Shown here one piece after another: positions 45,690 to 54,736 of a DNA stretch of 64,000 nt (positions are counted from its first letter, which is position 1; each line of letters opens with the position of its first letter). The stretch lies in the NCBI GenBank assembly GCA_905205975.1, contig CAJLFQ010000003.1, positions 3,130-67,129 of the forward strand, read 5' to 3'. The notes under the pieces are model-generated. The model ran no database searches and was not told where the DNA came from. It was given only the letters and a program-made list of their open reading frames with translations. The stretch comes from an uncultured Eubacteriales bacterium (lineage in GTDB: Bacteria > Bacillota > Clostridia > Oscillospirales > QAMX01). A program made the position numbers and the translations under genes.

Positions 45690-45825
45690 TTCCGAAGACA
45701 GCAGGTCGCTTCACAACGGAAACCCGTTCCGTGAAGGTGTAAACGTCCCTGCCGAGGAGAGAGCAGGTTTTTCAGAACCTAAGCGCTCCTCGCTCGTCCA
45801 GTCGGATCAGCGTGGAGCGCTCTTC
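45690..45825 (+). promoter_or_regulatory. ribosomal protein L10 leader (autoregulatory RNA, Firmicute type)
   Basis: GAAGACAGCAGGT ... CCTGCCGAGG pairing encloses an inner hairpin (CTTCACAACGGAAACCCGTTCCGTGAAG). A second hairpin AGCGCTCC/GGAGCGCT lies just upstream of rplJ. Layout matches the L10 leader as I recall it. Confidence 0.7.
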
Positions 45826-45861
45826 ATATGATTCCGAAAAGGCTTTACCACACTATCGGAG

Positions 45862-46407
45862 GTGAAACTCATGCCAACAAGCAAGGTCCTCGCAGAAAAA
45901 CAGGCCGTTGTTGACGCTTTGGTTGAACGCCTGAAGGGCGCTCAGTCCGGCGTTCTCTGCGAGTACAAGGGTATCACGGTTGAAGACGATACGGCGCTGC
46001 GCCGTGAGCTTCGCAAGGCCGGCGTCGAATACAGCGTTGTCAAGAACACGCTTCTGCGCCGCGCAGCGGACAACACCGGTCTCAACGAGATGGATCCCTT
46101 CCTCAACGGCACGACCGCACTGGCAACCTCGGATTCCGATTTGACGGCTCCGGCCAGAATCCTGTCCGATTTCGTCAAGAAATCCAAGTCCAGCTTCGCG
46201 ATCAAAGCCGGCATCCTCGAGGGTAAGGTCATTGACGTCGCAACCGTCGAAAAGCTTGCAGCACTGCCGTCCAAAGAGACGCTGCTGTCCATGCTTCTTT
46301 CCGCCCTCAACGGCAACATCCGCGGTCTCGCGGTCGCCCTCAACGCAATCGTTGAAAAGCAGACCGAACAGCCGGAAGCTCCGGCGGAAACCGCAGAAAA
46401 CGCGTAA
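45862..46407 (+). CDS. rplJ: 50S ribosomal protein L10
   Basis: 181 aa. Typical L10 N-terminus (K...V..L...L......V...Y.G.TV...T.LR..LR). Confidence 0.93.
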   Translation: MKLMPTSKVLAEKQAVVDALVERLKGAQSGVLCEYKGITVEDDTALRRELRKAGVEYSVVKNTLLRRAADNTGLNEMDPFLNGTTALATSDSDLTAPARILSDFVKKSKSSFAIKAGILEGKVIDVATVEKLAALPSKETLLSMLLSALNGNIRGLAVALNAIVEKQTEQPEAPAETAENA

Positions 46408-46452
46408 TTTCCACACAAACATCAACTCAAAAATTAACGGAGGTTATTGAAA

Positions 46453-46827
46453 ATGGCTAGCGAAAAAATCACGGCTATCATCGAGTCTGTCAAGGCTCTG
46501 ACTGTTCTTGAGCTCTCCGAGCTCGTCCATGCGATCGAAGACGAATTTGGTGTTTCCGCCGCTGCACCGGTTGCAGTGATGGGCGCTGCTGCCGCCGCTC
46601 CGGCAGAAGAAGAAAAGACCGAATTCACGCCGGTTCTCGCCGACTTCGGCGCAAAGAAGCTGGATGTCATCAAGGTCATCCGCGAACTCACCGGCCTGGG
46701 CCTCAAAGAAGCCAAGGAATTCGTCGAAAGCGCACCGAAGGCTGTCAAGGAAAACATCTCCAAGGACGAAGCCGAAGCCATCAAGACCAAGCTCGAAGAA
46801 GCTGGCGCCAAAGTCGAAATCAAGTAA
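46453..46827 (+). CDS. rplL: 50S ribosomal protein L7/L12
   Basis: 124 aa from the ATG at 46453. [10 protein letters not shown], an Ala-rich hinge, and [18 protein letters not shown]. Confidence 0.95.
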   Translation: MASEKITAIIESVKALTVLELSELVHAIEDEFGVSAAAPVAVMGAAAAAPAEEEKTEFTPVLADFGAKKLDVIKVIRELTGLGLKEAKEFVESAPKAVKENISKDEAEAIKTKLEEAGAKVEIK

Positions 46828-46841
46828 TTTCAGCTTTTCTA

Positions 46842-46877
46842 AAACGGTGCGGCCGCAATGGCCGCACCGTTTTTTTG
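46842..46877 (+). terminator. intrinsic terminator after rplL
   Basis: AAACGGTGCGGCC gcaat GGCCGCACCGTTTTTTT. Confidence 0.85.
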
Positions 46878-47101
46878 ATGCAAAGCACTTTTCTGTTCTA
46901 TGTCATCGGTTGCGCGGTTCTGCCGCAGGGGATTCTGGTGGGTGTCCGAGTGATGCAAAGCGCGGGCACGCAAAAAGATGTTTTCATCGGAAGGTTGCCG
47001 TTCGCTGTCTGAACCGCGCAAAGAAAGTGACAAGCCGGTTCAGCAAACAAGCCGCCTGCTTCAAAAGCAGACGGCTTGTTTGCATGATGATGTGACGGTG
47101 T

Positions 47102-47902
47102 TCACCACTTTGCTTCTTCGCTGTGATACGGCGTACCGATGAAACCAACCTGCGTGAAATCCTCCGGATTGTGACGGATGATATAGTCGAGATAAGCGGC
47201 GACAAGCCGGGAAGTCAGCAGGTATCCGGCCGGATTCAAATGGCCGTGCAGATAGAAATTCCGCCGGTATTCCGCATCCTCAACCGGACCGTATGCGGCG
47301 AAATCGAGGACATAGGTGAAATCAAACAGCTTGGCAAAACCGTGGAGCAGCGCCGCGTGATCGCGGACGATTTGGTCATGTGCCTCGTCTCCGTTTGAAA
47401 GCATCGTCATCAAAAAGAAACGCGCTTTCGGCTGCATGGCCTTGAGCCGCTGAATGATCCGCGCGTACCAGCCGGCAAACGTTTCTTCGTTGTTTTTGGC
47501 GGGGTCATCAAGGCAGACATCGTCCGTCGAACCGACCGGCATCCGAAGGCCGAACAGGTCGTTGACACCCAGTGCAATGATGTAACAGGGGCAGAGCTTG
47601 TCTTCATCCCAGAAGTGGTTTGCTTCCGCGAAGCTTTGGCAGTATTCTTTTGCAGTCATGCCGCCGCGCGAAAAATTGTAGACCGTCGAGCCGACCAAAC
47701 GGCCGAGATACTGTCCCCACGAAAACTCAAAAAAGTCGTAGTAGCCGCGCTGGCCGGCCGAGTCGACCGCTTCAAATTCACCGGAGGAGAGACTGTCGCC
47801 GATGCAGGCAATCCGGCGGAAAATACCTGCAAAACCGCCGTCTGCCGGAATCTGGTCAAGCGGTTTTTCGTTTTCAGAGGCATAATAACGTGCAAGATCC
47901 AT
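47102..47902 (-). CDS. SGNH/GDSL family hydrolase
   Basis: 266 aa. Block I IACIGDSLSSGE, block II RGG, block III GVND. A bidirectional hairpin lies downstream at 47045-47081. Confidence 0.75.
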   Translation of the reverse strand: MDLARYYASENEKPLDQIPADGGFAGIFRRIACIGDSLSSGEFEAVDSAGQRGYYDFFEFSWGQYLGRLVGSTVYNFSRGGMTAKEYCQSFAEANHFWDEDKLCPCYIIALGVNDLFGLRMPVGSTDDVCLDDPAKNNEETFAGWYARIIQRLKAMQPKARFFLMTMLSNGDEAHDQIVRDHAALLHGFAKLFDFTYVLDFAAYGPVEDAEYRRNFYLHGHLNPAGYLLTSRLVAAYLDYIIRHNPEDFTQVGFIGTPYHSEEAKW

Positions 47903-48064
47903 CGCGTTGAAGCCTTCTTTCAGAAAAATGATTTTGATTCAGTATACCACAGAACGCAGGGAAGGTAAAGAGCCAACCTTGCGAACGACAGAAAAATGTG
48001 CTACAATATGTAAAAAAGCATGCAGAAATGCAAAAACGGATTCCGGAAAGAAGGACTCGTACCC

Positions 48065-48841
48065 GTGTACGCAAATTATCATACCCATACGTTCCGCTGT
48101 CACCACGCCAATGGCACAGAACGCGAATATATCGAGCAGGCCATCGAACGCGGTCTGCACACGCTTGGCTTTTCCGACCATGCGCCGTACTGCTTCCCGG
48201 ATGGATATACCTCCGGTTTCCGGATGGCGATGTCCGAATTTGACGGCTACTGCCGGACGCTCAGCGATCTGAAACAGGCATACAAAGACGACATCGAACT
48301 CCACATCGGCCTCGAAATGGAATACTATCCGGCGTATTTTGCCAAGACCCTTGAACGAATGAAGGGTTATCCGCTTGAATATCTGATTCTCGGCCAGCAT
48401 TTCTTGGAGAATGAACAAAACGCGCCATACAGCGGACGTGCTGAAAACGGGGCGGCTGAATTGATTCGCTACGTCGATCAAACCGCAGAAGCGATGGAAA
48501 CGGGGTGCTATACCTATTTTGCGCACCCGGATCTGATCCGGGCAGATGTGCCGCCGGAAACGTATCGGCACTGTATGACCCGCCTGTGTGAAACGGCGAA
48601 ACGCTGCGGCATTCCGCTGGAGCTGAATTTGCTCGGCCTCGGTGAACACCGGGCATACCCGACAGAAGCGTTCTGGTCGATTGTGAAAACCGTCGGCAGC
48701 GATGTCGTCGTCGGATGCGACGCACACACGCCTGACGCCGTCGCCAACCCGGCTGTTTTGCAGGAAGCGGACGATTTCCTCAAACGATTCGACCTGACAC
48801 CCCTGAAAACGGTGACGCTTCGGAATCCGTTCTCGAACTGA
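48065..48841 (+). CDS. PHP-family histidinol-phosphatase-like protein (HisJ family)
   Basis: About 258 aa from GTG 48065. YANYHTHTFRCHHA, GFSDHAPY, and HPD motifs. A terminator follows at 48882-48910. Confidence 0.75.
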   Translation: MYANYHTHTFRCHHANGTEREYIEQAIERGLHTLGFSDHAPYCFPDGYTSGFRMAMSEFDGYCRTLSDLKQAYKDDIELHIGLEMEYYPAYFAKTLERMKGYPLEYLILGQHFLENEQNAPYSGRAENGAAELIRYVDQTAEAMETGCYTYFAHPDLIRADVPPETYRHCMTRLCETAKRCGIPLELNLLGLGEHRAYPTEAFWSIVKTVGSDVVVGCDAHTPDAVANPAVLQEADDFLKRFDLTPLKTVTLRNPFSN

Positions 48842-49073
48842 ACAGAGACAACGGCAGGGATACCAAACCTGATTCCCCCAAAAACGGCTGAAGGATTCAG
48901 CCGTTTTTTTATTTGCACCGCAAAACAGCCATTTTTCGAGCCTGCATCCGCGTATGATGAAATGAGCGGCGCTCAGCGGAGAGAAAACAACAGCCTCCGG
49001 GTATGAATTCCACAAAAGCGAAGCACACTATGCGTAAAAGAATGCCAGAATCAACAGAAAGGCAAGATGATTC

Positions 49074-51443
49074 ATGAAAGCATGTATTCTCGCTGGCGGA
49101 GAAGGACGGCGGCTGCGGCCGCTGACCTCGCATCTGCCAAAACCGATGGTGCCGCTGCTGGGGAAACCGCTGCTGCACCGGATTGTCAAGCAGCTCCGCG
49201 CAGAAGGCATCCGCGATATGGCGCTGACATTGATGTACCTTCCGGATGTCATCCGCGATTTTTTGGGAGACGGCAGCGCATACGACGCCTCGTTTTTTTA
49301 CGCAGTGGAAAAGGAGCCGATGGGGACGGCCGGAGGTGTTCGCGCCTGCGCCGATTTTCTGCGCGGGGATGACTGCTTGGTCATCAGCGGCGACGCCGTG
49401 TTTGACTTTGACCTGGCGCAGGCATTCCGTTTTCACCGGGAACACGGCGCCGATGTGACGATCATCCTGAACCGCCAGGACAACCCGACGGAATATGGTC
49501 TGGTTCAGACCGATGCAGACGGACGCATTCAACGATTCGCGGAGAAACCGGCGTGGTCAGAGGTGTTTACCAACGTCGTCAACACCGGCATTTACCTGCT
49601 GGCGCCATCTGTTTTGGAACGCATTCCGACGGGTCAGCCGTTTGATTTTTCAAAAGACCTTTTCCCGATGCTGCTGAAAGAAGGCGCGCGCCTCTATGGC
49701 TGTGAACTGAACGGTTACTGGTGCGATATCGGCGATACTGCGGCGTATCTGCGCTGCTCGCTCGACGCACTCAATGGCCGCGTGCGGCTCGCAAATGCCG
49801 ATGAAGCGATGATGGAAGCCGCCCCCGGCGTTTGGACGGCGCAGGGGAAAGCGTGTCCGGCGGGCGTTACGTTTGAAGGTCCGGTTTGGCTGCAAACGGG
49901 TGCGGTCGTGCTGCCCGGGGCCCATGTCGGGCCGAACGTCTGGCTGGGCGCCGGTGCTTATGTCGGCGAAAACAGCATCGTATCCGATTCAGTGGTCGAC
50001 GGCACGCTGTCGGCGCACAGCGAAGCGGAGGGCGCCATTGTCTGTGCCGGCAGCTGCGTTGGCAGCGGCAGCGTCCTGTGCCGGGGCGCCGTGCTCGGCA
50101 GCGGCGTTCGTCTGGGAGAAAACTGCTATGTCAGCAGCGGCGTCCGCATCTATCCGGATATCGCCGTACCGCCCTCTTCCGTTGTCCGCGCAACGCTCAC
50201 GGCAGGCGGCACGCAGTCTGCCGTCTTTGAAGAGGACGCCATCACCGGCACATTCGGGTGCGGATTGTCGCCGGAACTGGTGTCGGCCATCGGTTCCGCC
50301 TGCGCAGAGCTGCCGGGCGTCAATCGTGCGGCGCTGGGGTGCTCCGGCGGAGCGGACACACAGAGCCTGATGCAGTCGATGCTGGGCGGCATGACATCCG
50401 CCGGTATCCAAGTGCTGATTCACGATGTCCCGTTTGCGGCGGGCGCAGCGGCTATGCCGAACCTGCTCGGTGTGCCGCTCTCTGTTTTCCTCGACAGCGG
50501 CGATGAATTGTCCATCCGTATGTATGCCGGAGACGGACGGCCGATTCCGCATGCTTGGCAGCGCAGGCTGGAGGGCGCCGTTGCCCGCGGGGAATACCGG
50601 CGGGTGCCGTCGATTTCGGCGGGTCGAATGCAGCCGATTCTGGGCGGAACAACACTGTATGCAGCCGCTGCGGCGTGCCCGAAATCCGCGCGAAAACTGA
50701 AAGCGGCCGTCCATGGACACCATCCTGCGGCATCCGCCCTGATGGAAGCACTGCGCATTTCAGGCTTTGATCTGCCGGTGCCGCCTGCACTCTGTTATGA
50801 CGGACTGACGCTTTCAATTTCAAGGGACGGATTCTATCTGACGGTTGCAGACGGTTCGTGCCGGCTCAGCTGTCAGGAAAGCGCTTCCATAGTGCTGCTG
50901 ACTGCAATGCTCGAAACGCCGGGGATGACACTGGCGCTGCCGGAAGACGCGCCGGAAGCATATGAGCAAATGGCCATACAAAACGGCGCCAGCGTCATCC
51001 GGCTTGGCCGCGACGGCAGGCGTGCCGCAGAGCTGTATGCGGCGCAGCCGTTTACGCATGATGCCATTGGCGGCGCCGTCATGCTGATTTCTTTCCTGGA
51101 ATCCTCCGGAACCACCATACAGGCGCTGAAACCGCTCATACCGTCTTTTGGAACCCATGTGATGGAATTAGACAGCCCATGCGAAAAAAGCGACCTGATG
51201 CGTATGCTGGCGGAAAAAATGAAGCCGGAGGAATCTGACGGCCGCGGCGGCATGACATTCCGGCAAAATGGCGGGACGATCCGGGTGACGCCGTCTGCCA
51301 AGCGAAGCGCGCTGAAAATTCTGGCGGAAGGTTTTTCCGAGGAAATTGCCAGAGAGATTGCCGTCGACTTTGCAGAGCGGGCGGGACGGATTGCAGGCGG
51401 TAAATCAGAGAAAAACCGCAAAGCAGATGGGAAATTCGATTGA
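49074..51443 (+). CDS. sugar-phosphate nucleotidyltransferase + left-handed beta-helix + phosphohexomutase-like C-terminal region (fusion)
   Basis: 789 aa. N-terminus MKACILAGGEGRRLRPLTSHLPKPMVP (GxGxR nucleotidyltransferase), hexapeptide-like repeats at about aa 270-390, then a PGM/PMM-like four-domain-sized tail. Confidence 0.75.
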   Translation: MKACILAGGEGRRLRPLTSHLPKPMVPLLGKPLLHRIVKQLRAEGIRDMALTLMYLPDVIRDFLGDGSAYDASFFYAVEKEPMGTAGGVRACADFLRGDDCLVISGDAVFDFDLAQAFRFHREHGADVTIILNRQDNPTEYGLVQTDADGRIQRFAEKPAWSEVFTNVVNTGIYLLAPSVLERIPTGQPFDFSKDLFPMLLKEGARLYGCELNGYWCDIGDTAAYLRCSLDALNGRVRLANADEAMMEAAPGVWTAQGKACPAGVTFEGPVWLQTGAVVLPGAHVGPNVWLGAGAYVGENSIVSDSVVDGTLSAHSEAEGAIVCAGSCVGSGSVLCRGAVLGSGVRLGENCYVSSGVRIYPDIAVPPSSVVRATLTAGGTQSAVFEEDAITGTFGCGLSPELVSAIGSACAELPGVNRAALGCSGGADTQSLMQSMLGGMTSAGIQVLIHDVPFAAGAAAMPNLLGVPLSVFLDSGDELSIRMYAGDGRPIPHAWQRRLEGAVARGEYRRVPSISAGRMQPILGGTTLYAAAAACPKSARKLKAAVHGHHPAASALMEALRISGFDLPVPPALCYDGLTLSISRDGFYLTVADGSCRLSCQESASIVLLTAMLETPGMTLALPEDAPEAYEQMAIQNGASVIRLGRDGRRAAELYAAQPFTHDAIGGAVMLISFLESSGTTIQALKPLIPSFGTHVMELDSPCEKSDLMRMLAEKMKPEESDGRGGMTFRQNGGTIRVTPSAKRSALKILAEGFSEEIAREIAVDFAERAGRIAGGKSEKNRKADGKFD

Positions 51444-51459
51444 AAAGCAGAAACAACGC

Positions 51460-51675
51460 TTTACAAATCGCGCAGAATATGATATAATATAAAAGATCAT
51501 TACGCTGTCCTGTGAAGTGCGGTTCGGCTCCGCGCTTCACAGGACAGGTAAACAGGAAAGCGAACTTGGTCTACATAAAGCGTTTGACCGGCGGGCGAGG
51601 CGGAGTCGCCGGCCGGTCAGATGGATTCGTATGACGTGATTCATCAGATGATGGGGGCTTCCCCCTTTTCTTTTG
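51460..51675 (+). ncRNA. promoter-to-terminator structured RNA (~180 nt) upstream of rnj; unknown class (sRNA or cis leader)
   Basis: TTTACA (51460-51465), 17 nt, TATAAT (51483-51488). An 18-bp hairpin lies at 51505-51547 and a 12-bp GC hairpin at 51586-51618. GGGGGCTTCCCCC plus TTTTCTTTT lies at 51653-51675. Confidence 0.45.
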
Positions 51676-51751
51676 TTGCGCTTTTTTGCATTTTTGACGA
51701 TTCAAAAACGGGCAGATTGGTGTCCCGTTCAAATTCAATACAGGAGAATAT

Positions 51752-53488
51752 ATGGCACATAAACTGAAAATAATCCCCCTTGGCGGTCTGAATGAGATCG
51801 GCAAGAATATGACCGTTTACGAGTATAACGGCGACATCATCATCGTAGATGCAGGTCTGGCATTCCCGGACGAAGAAATGTACGGCGTCGACCTGGTCAT
51901 CCCGGACTTTACCTATCTGGTGGAGCATAAACGCAAGGTCAAAGCGATCTTCCTGACACACGGCCATGAAGACCACATCGGCTCCATCCCGTACCTCATG
52001 CGCGTCATTGACGCACCGATCTACTGCACCCAGCTGACGGCAGGGCTGGTGGAACTGAAGCTGGCGGAGCACAAGCTGCTCAGCAAAGTGACCATCAACC
52101 GCGTCCGCCCGGGCGACGTTGTGTCGGCCGGCGTGTTTTCGGTGGAATTTATCCAGGTCAACCATTCCATCATGGACAGCTGCGCCTTCGCCATTTCCAC
52201 CCCGGTCGGCACGGTCGTGCAGACCGGCGACTTCAAAATCGACACGACCCCGATTGACGGCAAAATGATCGACCTGGCCCGCTTCGGCGAACTGGGCAGA
52301 AACGGCGTGCTGCTTCTTTTGTCCGATTCCACCAACGTAGAGCGTCCGGGGCTGGCGATGTCGGAACGTATGGTCGGCGAGTCCTTCCGAAACATCTTCA
52401 AAGACTGCTCCAAACGCATCATCGTCGCATCGTTTGCCTCCAACATCCACCGCATCCAGCAAATTATTGACGCCGCCGTGGAAAACGGCAGAAAAGTTGC
52501 CGTTTCCGGCCGCAGCATGGAAAACATTCTGAACCTCGGGCTGGAGCTGGGATATCTCCGCGTCCAGGATGACTGCCTGATCGACATTACGGCGATCGAT
52601 AAATATCCGAAGAAAAAGGTCTGCATCATCACGACCGGCAGTCAGGGCGAGCCGATGTCCGCACTGTCACGCATGGCGTTTGACAACCATAAGCAGGTCG
52701 AGATATCCAACGGCGACCTGGTCATTCTGTCTGCCAATCCGATTCCGGGCAACGAGAAAACCGTTTACCGCTTGGTCAACGAGCTGTTTAAGAAAGGCGC
52801 AGAAGTCATCTACGAACGGCTGGCCGAGGTTCACGTTTCCGGCCACGCATGCCGGGAAGAGCTGAAAATGATGCTCGCGCTGACCAAACCGAAATATTTC
52901 ATGCCGGTTCACGGAGAATACCGCCACTTGGTCAGCCATGCCAACTTGGCGGTCACCTGCGGCGTGCCGAAAAACAACGTCTTCATCTCGGAGATCGGCC
53001 GCATCCTGGAAATCAACAAAGACGGTGTCGCCAAGCTCGGCGGAACGGTTGCCTCCGGCAAGGTCCTTGTCGACGGCCTCGGCATCGGCGACGTCGGCAG
53101 CGTCGTTCTGCGCGACCGGAAGCACCTGTCGCAGGACGGGCTGATTGTGGTTGCGTTCTCGCTCAGCGAAGCCGATGCATCAATTCTGGCGGGGCCGGAC
53201 ATCATCACCCGCGGCTTCATCTATGCCAAAGAAGCGGAAGCGATTGTCGCACAACTGAAAGAATACGCTGTGCGGACGGTTGAAAACTGCCGTGCAAACA
53301 ACGTGACCGATTGGCTGGCCATCAAAAATGAGCTGCGTTCCTCGCTGTCCTCATTCCTCTTCAAGCAGACGAAACGCTCTCCGATGATTCTGCCGGTGCT
53401 CCTCGGCGTGTCCAGCGAGCCGGGTGTCTCTTTCGATTGGGACGACGACAGTGACCGTGTTTCCCGGCCGTCGAAAAAGAAGAACTGA
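51752..53488 (+). CDS. rnj: ribonuclease J
   Basis: 578 aa. LKIIPLGGLNEIGKNM, beta-lactamase motif THGHEDHIG, beta-CASP and C-terminal domains. Confidence 0.93.
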   Translation: MAHKLKIIPLGGLNEIGKNMTVYEYNGDIIIVDAGLAFPDEEMYGVDLVIPDFTYLVEHKRKVKAIFLTHGHEDHIGSIPYLMRVIDAPIYCTQLTAGLVELKLAEHKLLSKVTINRVRPGDVVSAGVFSVEFIQVNHSIMDSCAFAISTPVGTVVQTGDFKIDTTPIDGKMIDLARFGELGRNGVLLLLSDSTNVERPGLAMSERMVGESFRNIFKDCSKRIIVASFASNIHRIQQIIDAAVENGRKVAVSGRSMENILNLGLELGYLRVQDDCLIDITAIDKYPKKKVCIITTGSQGEPMSALSRMAFDNHKQVEISNGDLVILSANPIPGNEKTVYRLVNELFKKGAEVIYERLAEVHVSGHACREELKMMLALTKPKYFMPVHGEYRHLVSHANLAVTCGVPKNNVFISEIGRILEINKDGVAKLGGTVASGKVLVDGLGIGDVGSVVLRDRKHLSQDGLIVVAFSLSEADASILAGPDIITRGFIYAKEAEAIVAQLKEYAVRTVENCRANNVTDWLAIKNELRSSLSSFLFKQTKRSPMILPVLLGVSSEPGVSFDWDDDSDRVSRPSKKKN

Positions 53489-53520
53489 AACGACTGCGTA
53501 TGCAGAAACGTTCAAAAACA

Positions 53521-53555
53521 AAAAGCCATGGGCGAAATTCGCCCATGGCTTTTTT
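53521..53555. terminator. bidirectional intrinsic terminator (rnj / prsA-like convergent genes)
   Basis: AAAA GCCATGGGCG aaatt CGCCCATGGC TTTTTT. Confidence 0.85.
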
Positions 53556-53600
53556 ACGGTGTGTTGATTCGGGATGTTTCAAATGGAACGTCCGGATGGG

Positions 53601-54632
53601 TTATCGGACGACAATGGAGTCGTAGTTCTTGTCGTTGATCTTGATTTTGGCCGCTTCGGAATGCTCATTCAGATAGTTCTGGAACTTCGCCTGAATCACG
53701 GTCTGATAATAGGTGGCATACTTGTCATTGGAGAGTTCGTCGCGGATGATGATGTGATAGCCGTACTTCGTTTTGACCAGGTCGGAGATTTCACCGACCT
53801 GAAGCGCAAACGCGGCCGTTTCGTATTCGGAAACCATTTCACCGGTCGTAAACGTCAGCGTGCCTTCGGAGGCGTTGTCGACTTCACCGTCTTTCCGGAC
53901 GGCTTCAAAATCTTCGCCATTTTTCAAACGGGCCAGTGCGGCCTGTGCACGCTGATGTGCTTTCTCAATTTCTGCATCGCTCAGGGATGTTCCGGTGGAG
54001 GAGTTGATCGTCAGGAAGAGGAGCTGGCGCGTCGAAATATATTGTTCGGCGTAGTCTTCTTTGGCTTTGTCCTTTTCATCAGCCGTGAGGGCGAACTTTT
54101 GACCGTCGCCGAAGAGCTTCAGAAGCTTGGACATATACAGCGAATTTTCGAGATAGCGCGTATAGGCGCCGTCCGTTGTGCCGGACTTCTTGAGGAAGGT
54201 GTTGAAGCTCTTGGCGCCGCCGAGCGTCTGAATGAACTGCTCACGCGTGGCTTCAATGGTTTTCTTGTCGGAGGCGGTGATTTTCAGCTTGTTTTCTTTG
54301 GCAAGCTGGCGGCAGAGCTGTGCGCTCAAAGCCGTATTGGTCGCCGTCAGCAGCAGATAATCGCTCAGCGTGACGCCGTCGCTCAGCTCTTTGGAGAGCA
54401 TATCGACATCCAGATTATAGAGGTTGTCAAAGGTCATCGTACCGTTTGAAATCTGGGAGCTGAACAGGTCATATTTCTGGAAGAAAAGGTGGACCATGAT
54501 GTCATCGTAACAAACGTCGTCGCCGTTGACGGTAAAGATGGTCGCTTTGCGCGGGCTGCATCCGGCAAACAGCGTCAGACAAAGTGCAGCCAGGAGCATC
54601 AGAGAGACAGCGCGGAAGAGATGTTTTTTCAT
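53601..54632 (-). CDS. peptidyl-prolyl isomerase lipoprotein (PrsA/parvulin-like)
   Basis: 343 aa from the ATG at 54632. Lipobox LFAGCS. C-terminal PpiC domain (GEISDLVKTKYGYHII). Confidence 0.8.
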   Translation of the reverse strand: MKKHLFRAVSLMLLAALCLTLFAGCSPRKATIFTVNGDDVCYDDIMVHLFFQKYDLFSSQISNGTMTFDNLYNLDVDMLSKELSDGVTLSDYLLLTATNTALSAQLCRQLAKENKLKITASDKKTIEATREQFIQTLGGAKSFNTFLKKSGTTDGAYTRYLENSLYMSKLLKLFGDGQKFALTADEKDKAKEDYAEQYISTRQLLFLTINSSTGTSLSDAEIEKAHQRAQAALARLKNGEDFEAVRKDGEVDNASEGTLTFTTGEMVSEYETAAFALQVGEISDLVKTKYGYHIIIRDELSNDKYATYYQTVIQAKFQNYLNEHSEAAKIKINDKNYDSIVVR

Positions 54633-54736
54633 GTACGTCAATTCCTTTCATGGACGGAGCAGTTTACTCTTTTAATAGTATCACGAATGGGGCAAAATGT
54701 AAAGAGACCGGGGGATCTTTTTTGTGTAAATTCTTT

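Noticed and set aside
51621-51767. A 48-codon uORF (MDSYDVIHQMMGASPF...) running through the terminator into the rnj start region.
   Set aside because: It has no SD upstream of its ATG, it reads through a terminator hairpin and T-run, and it is out of frame with rnj.
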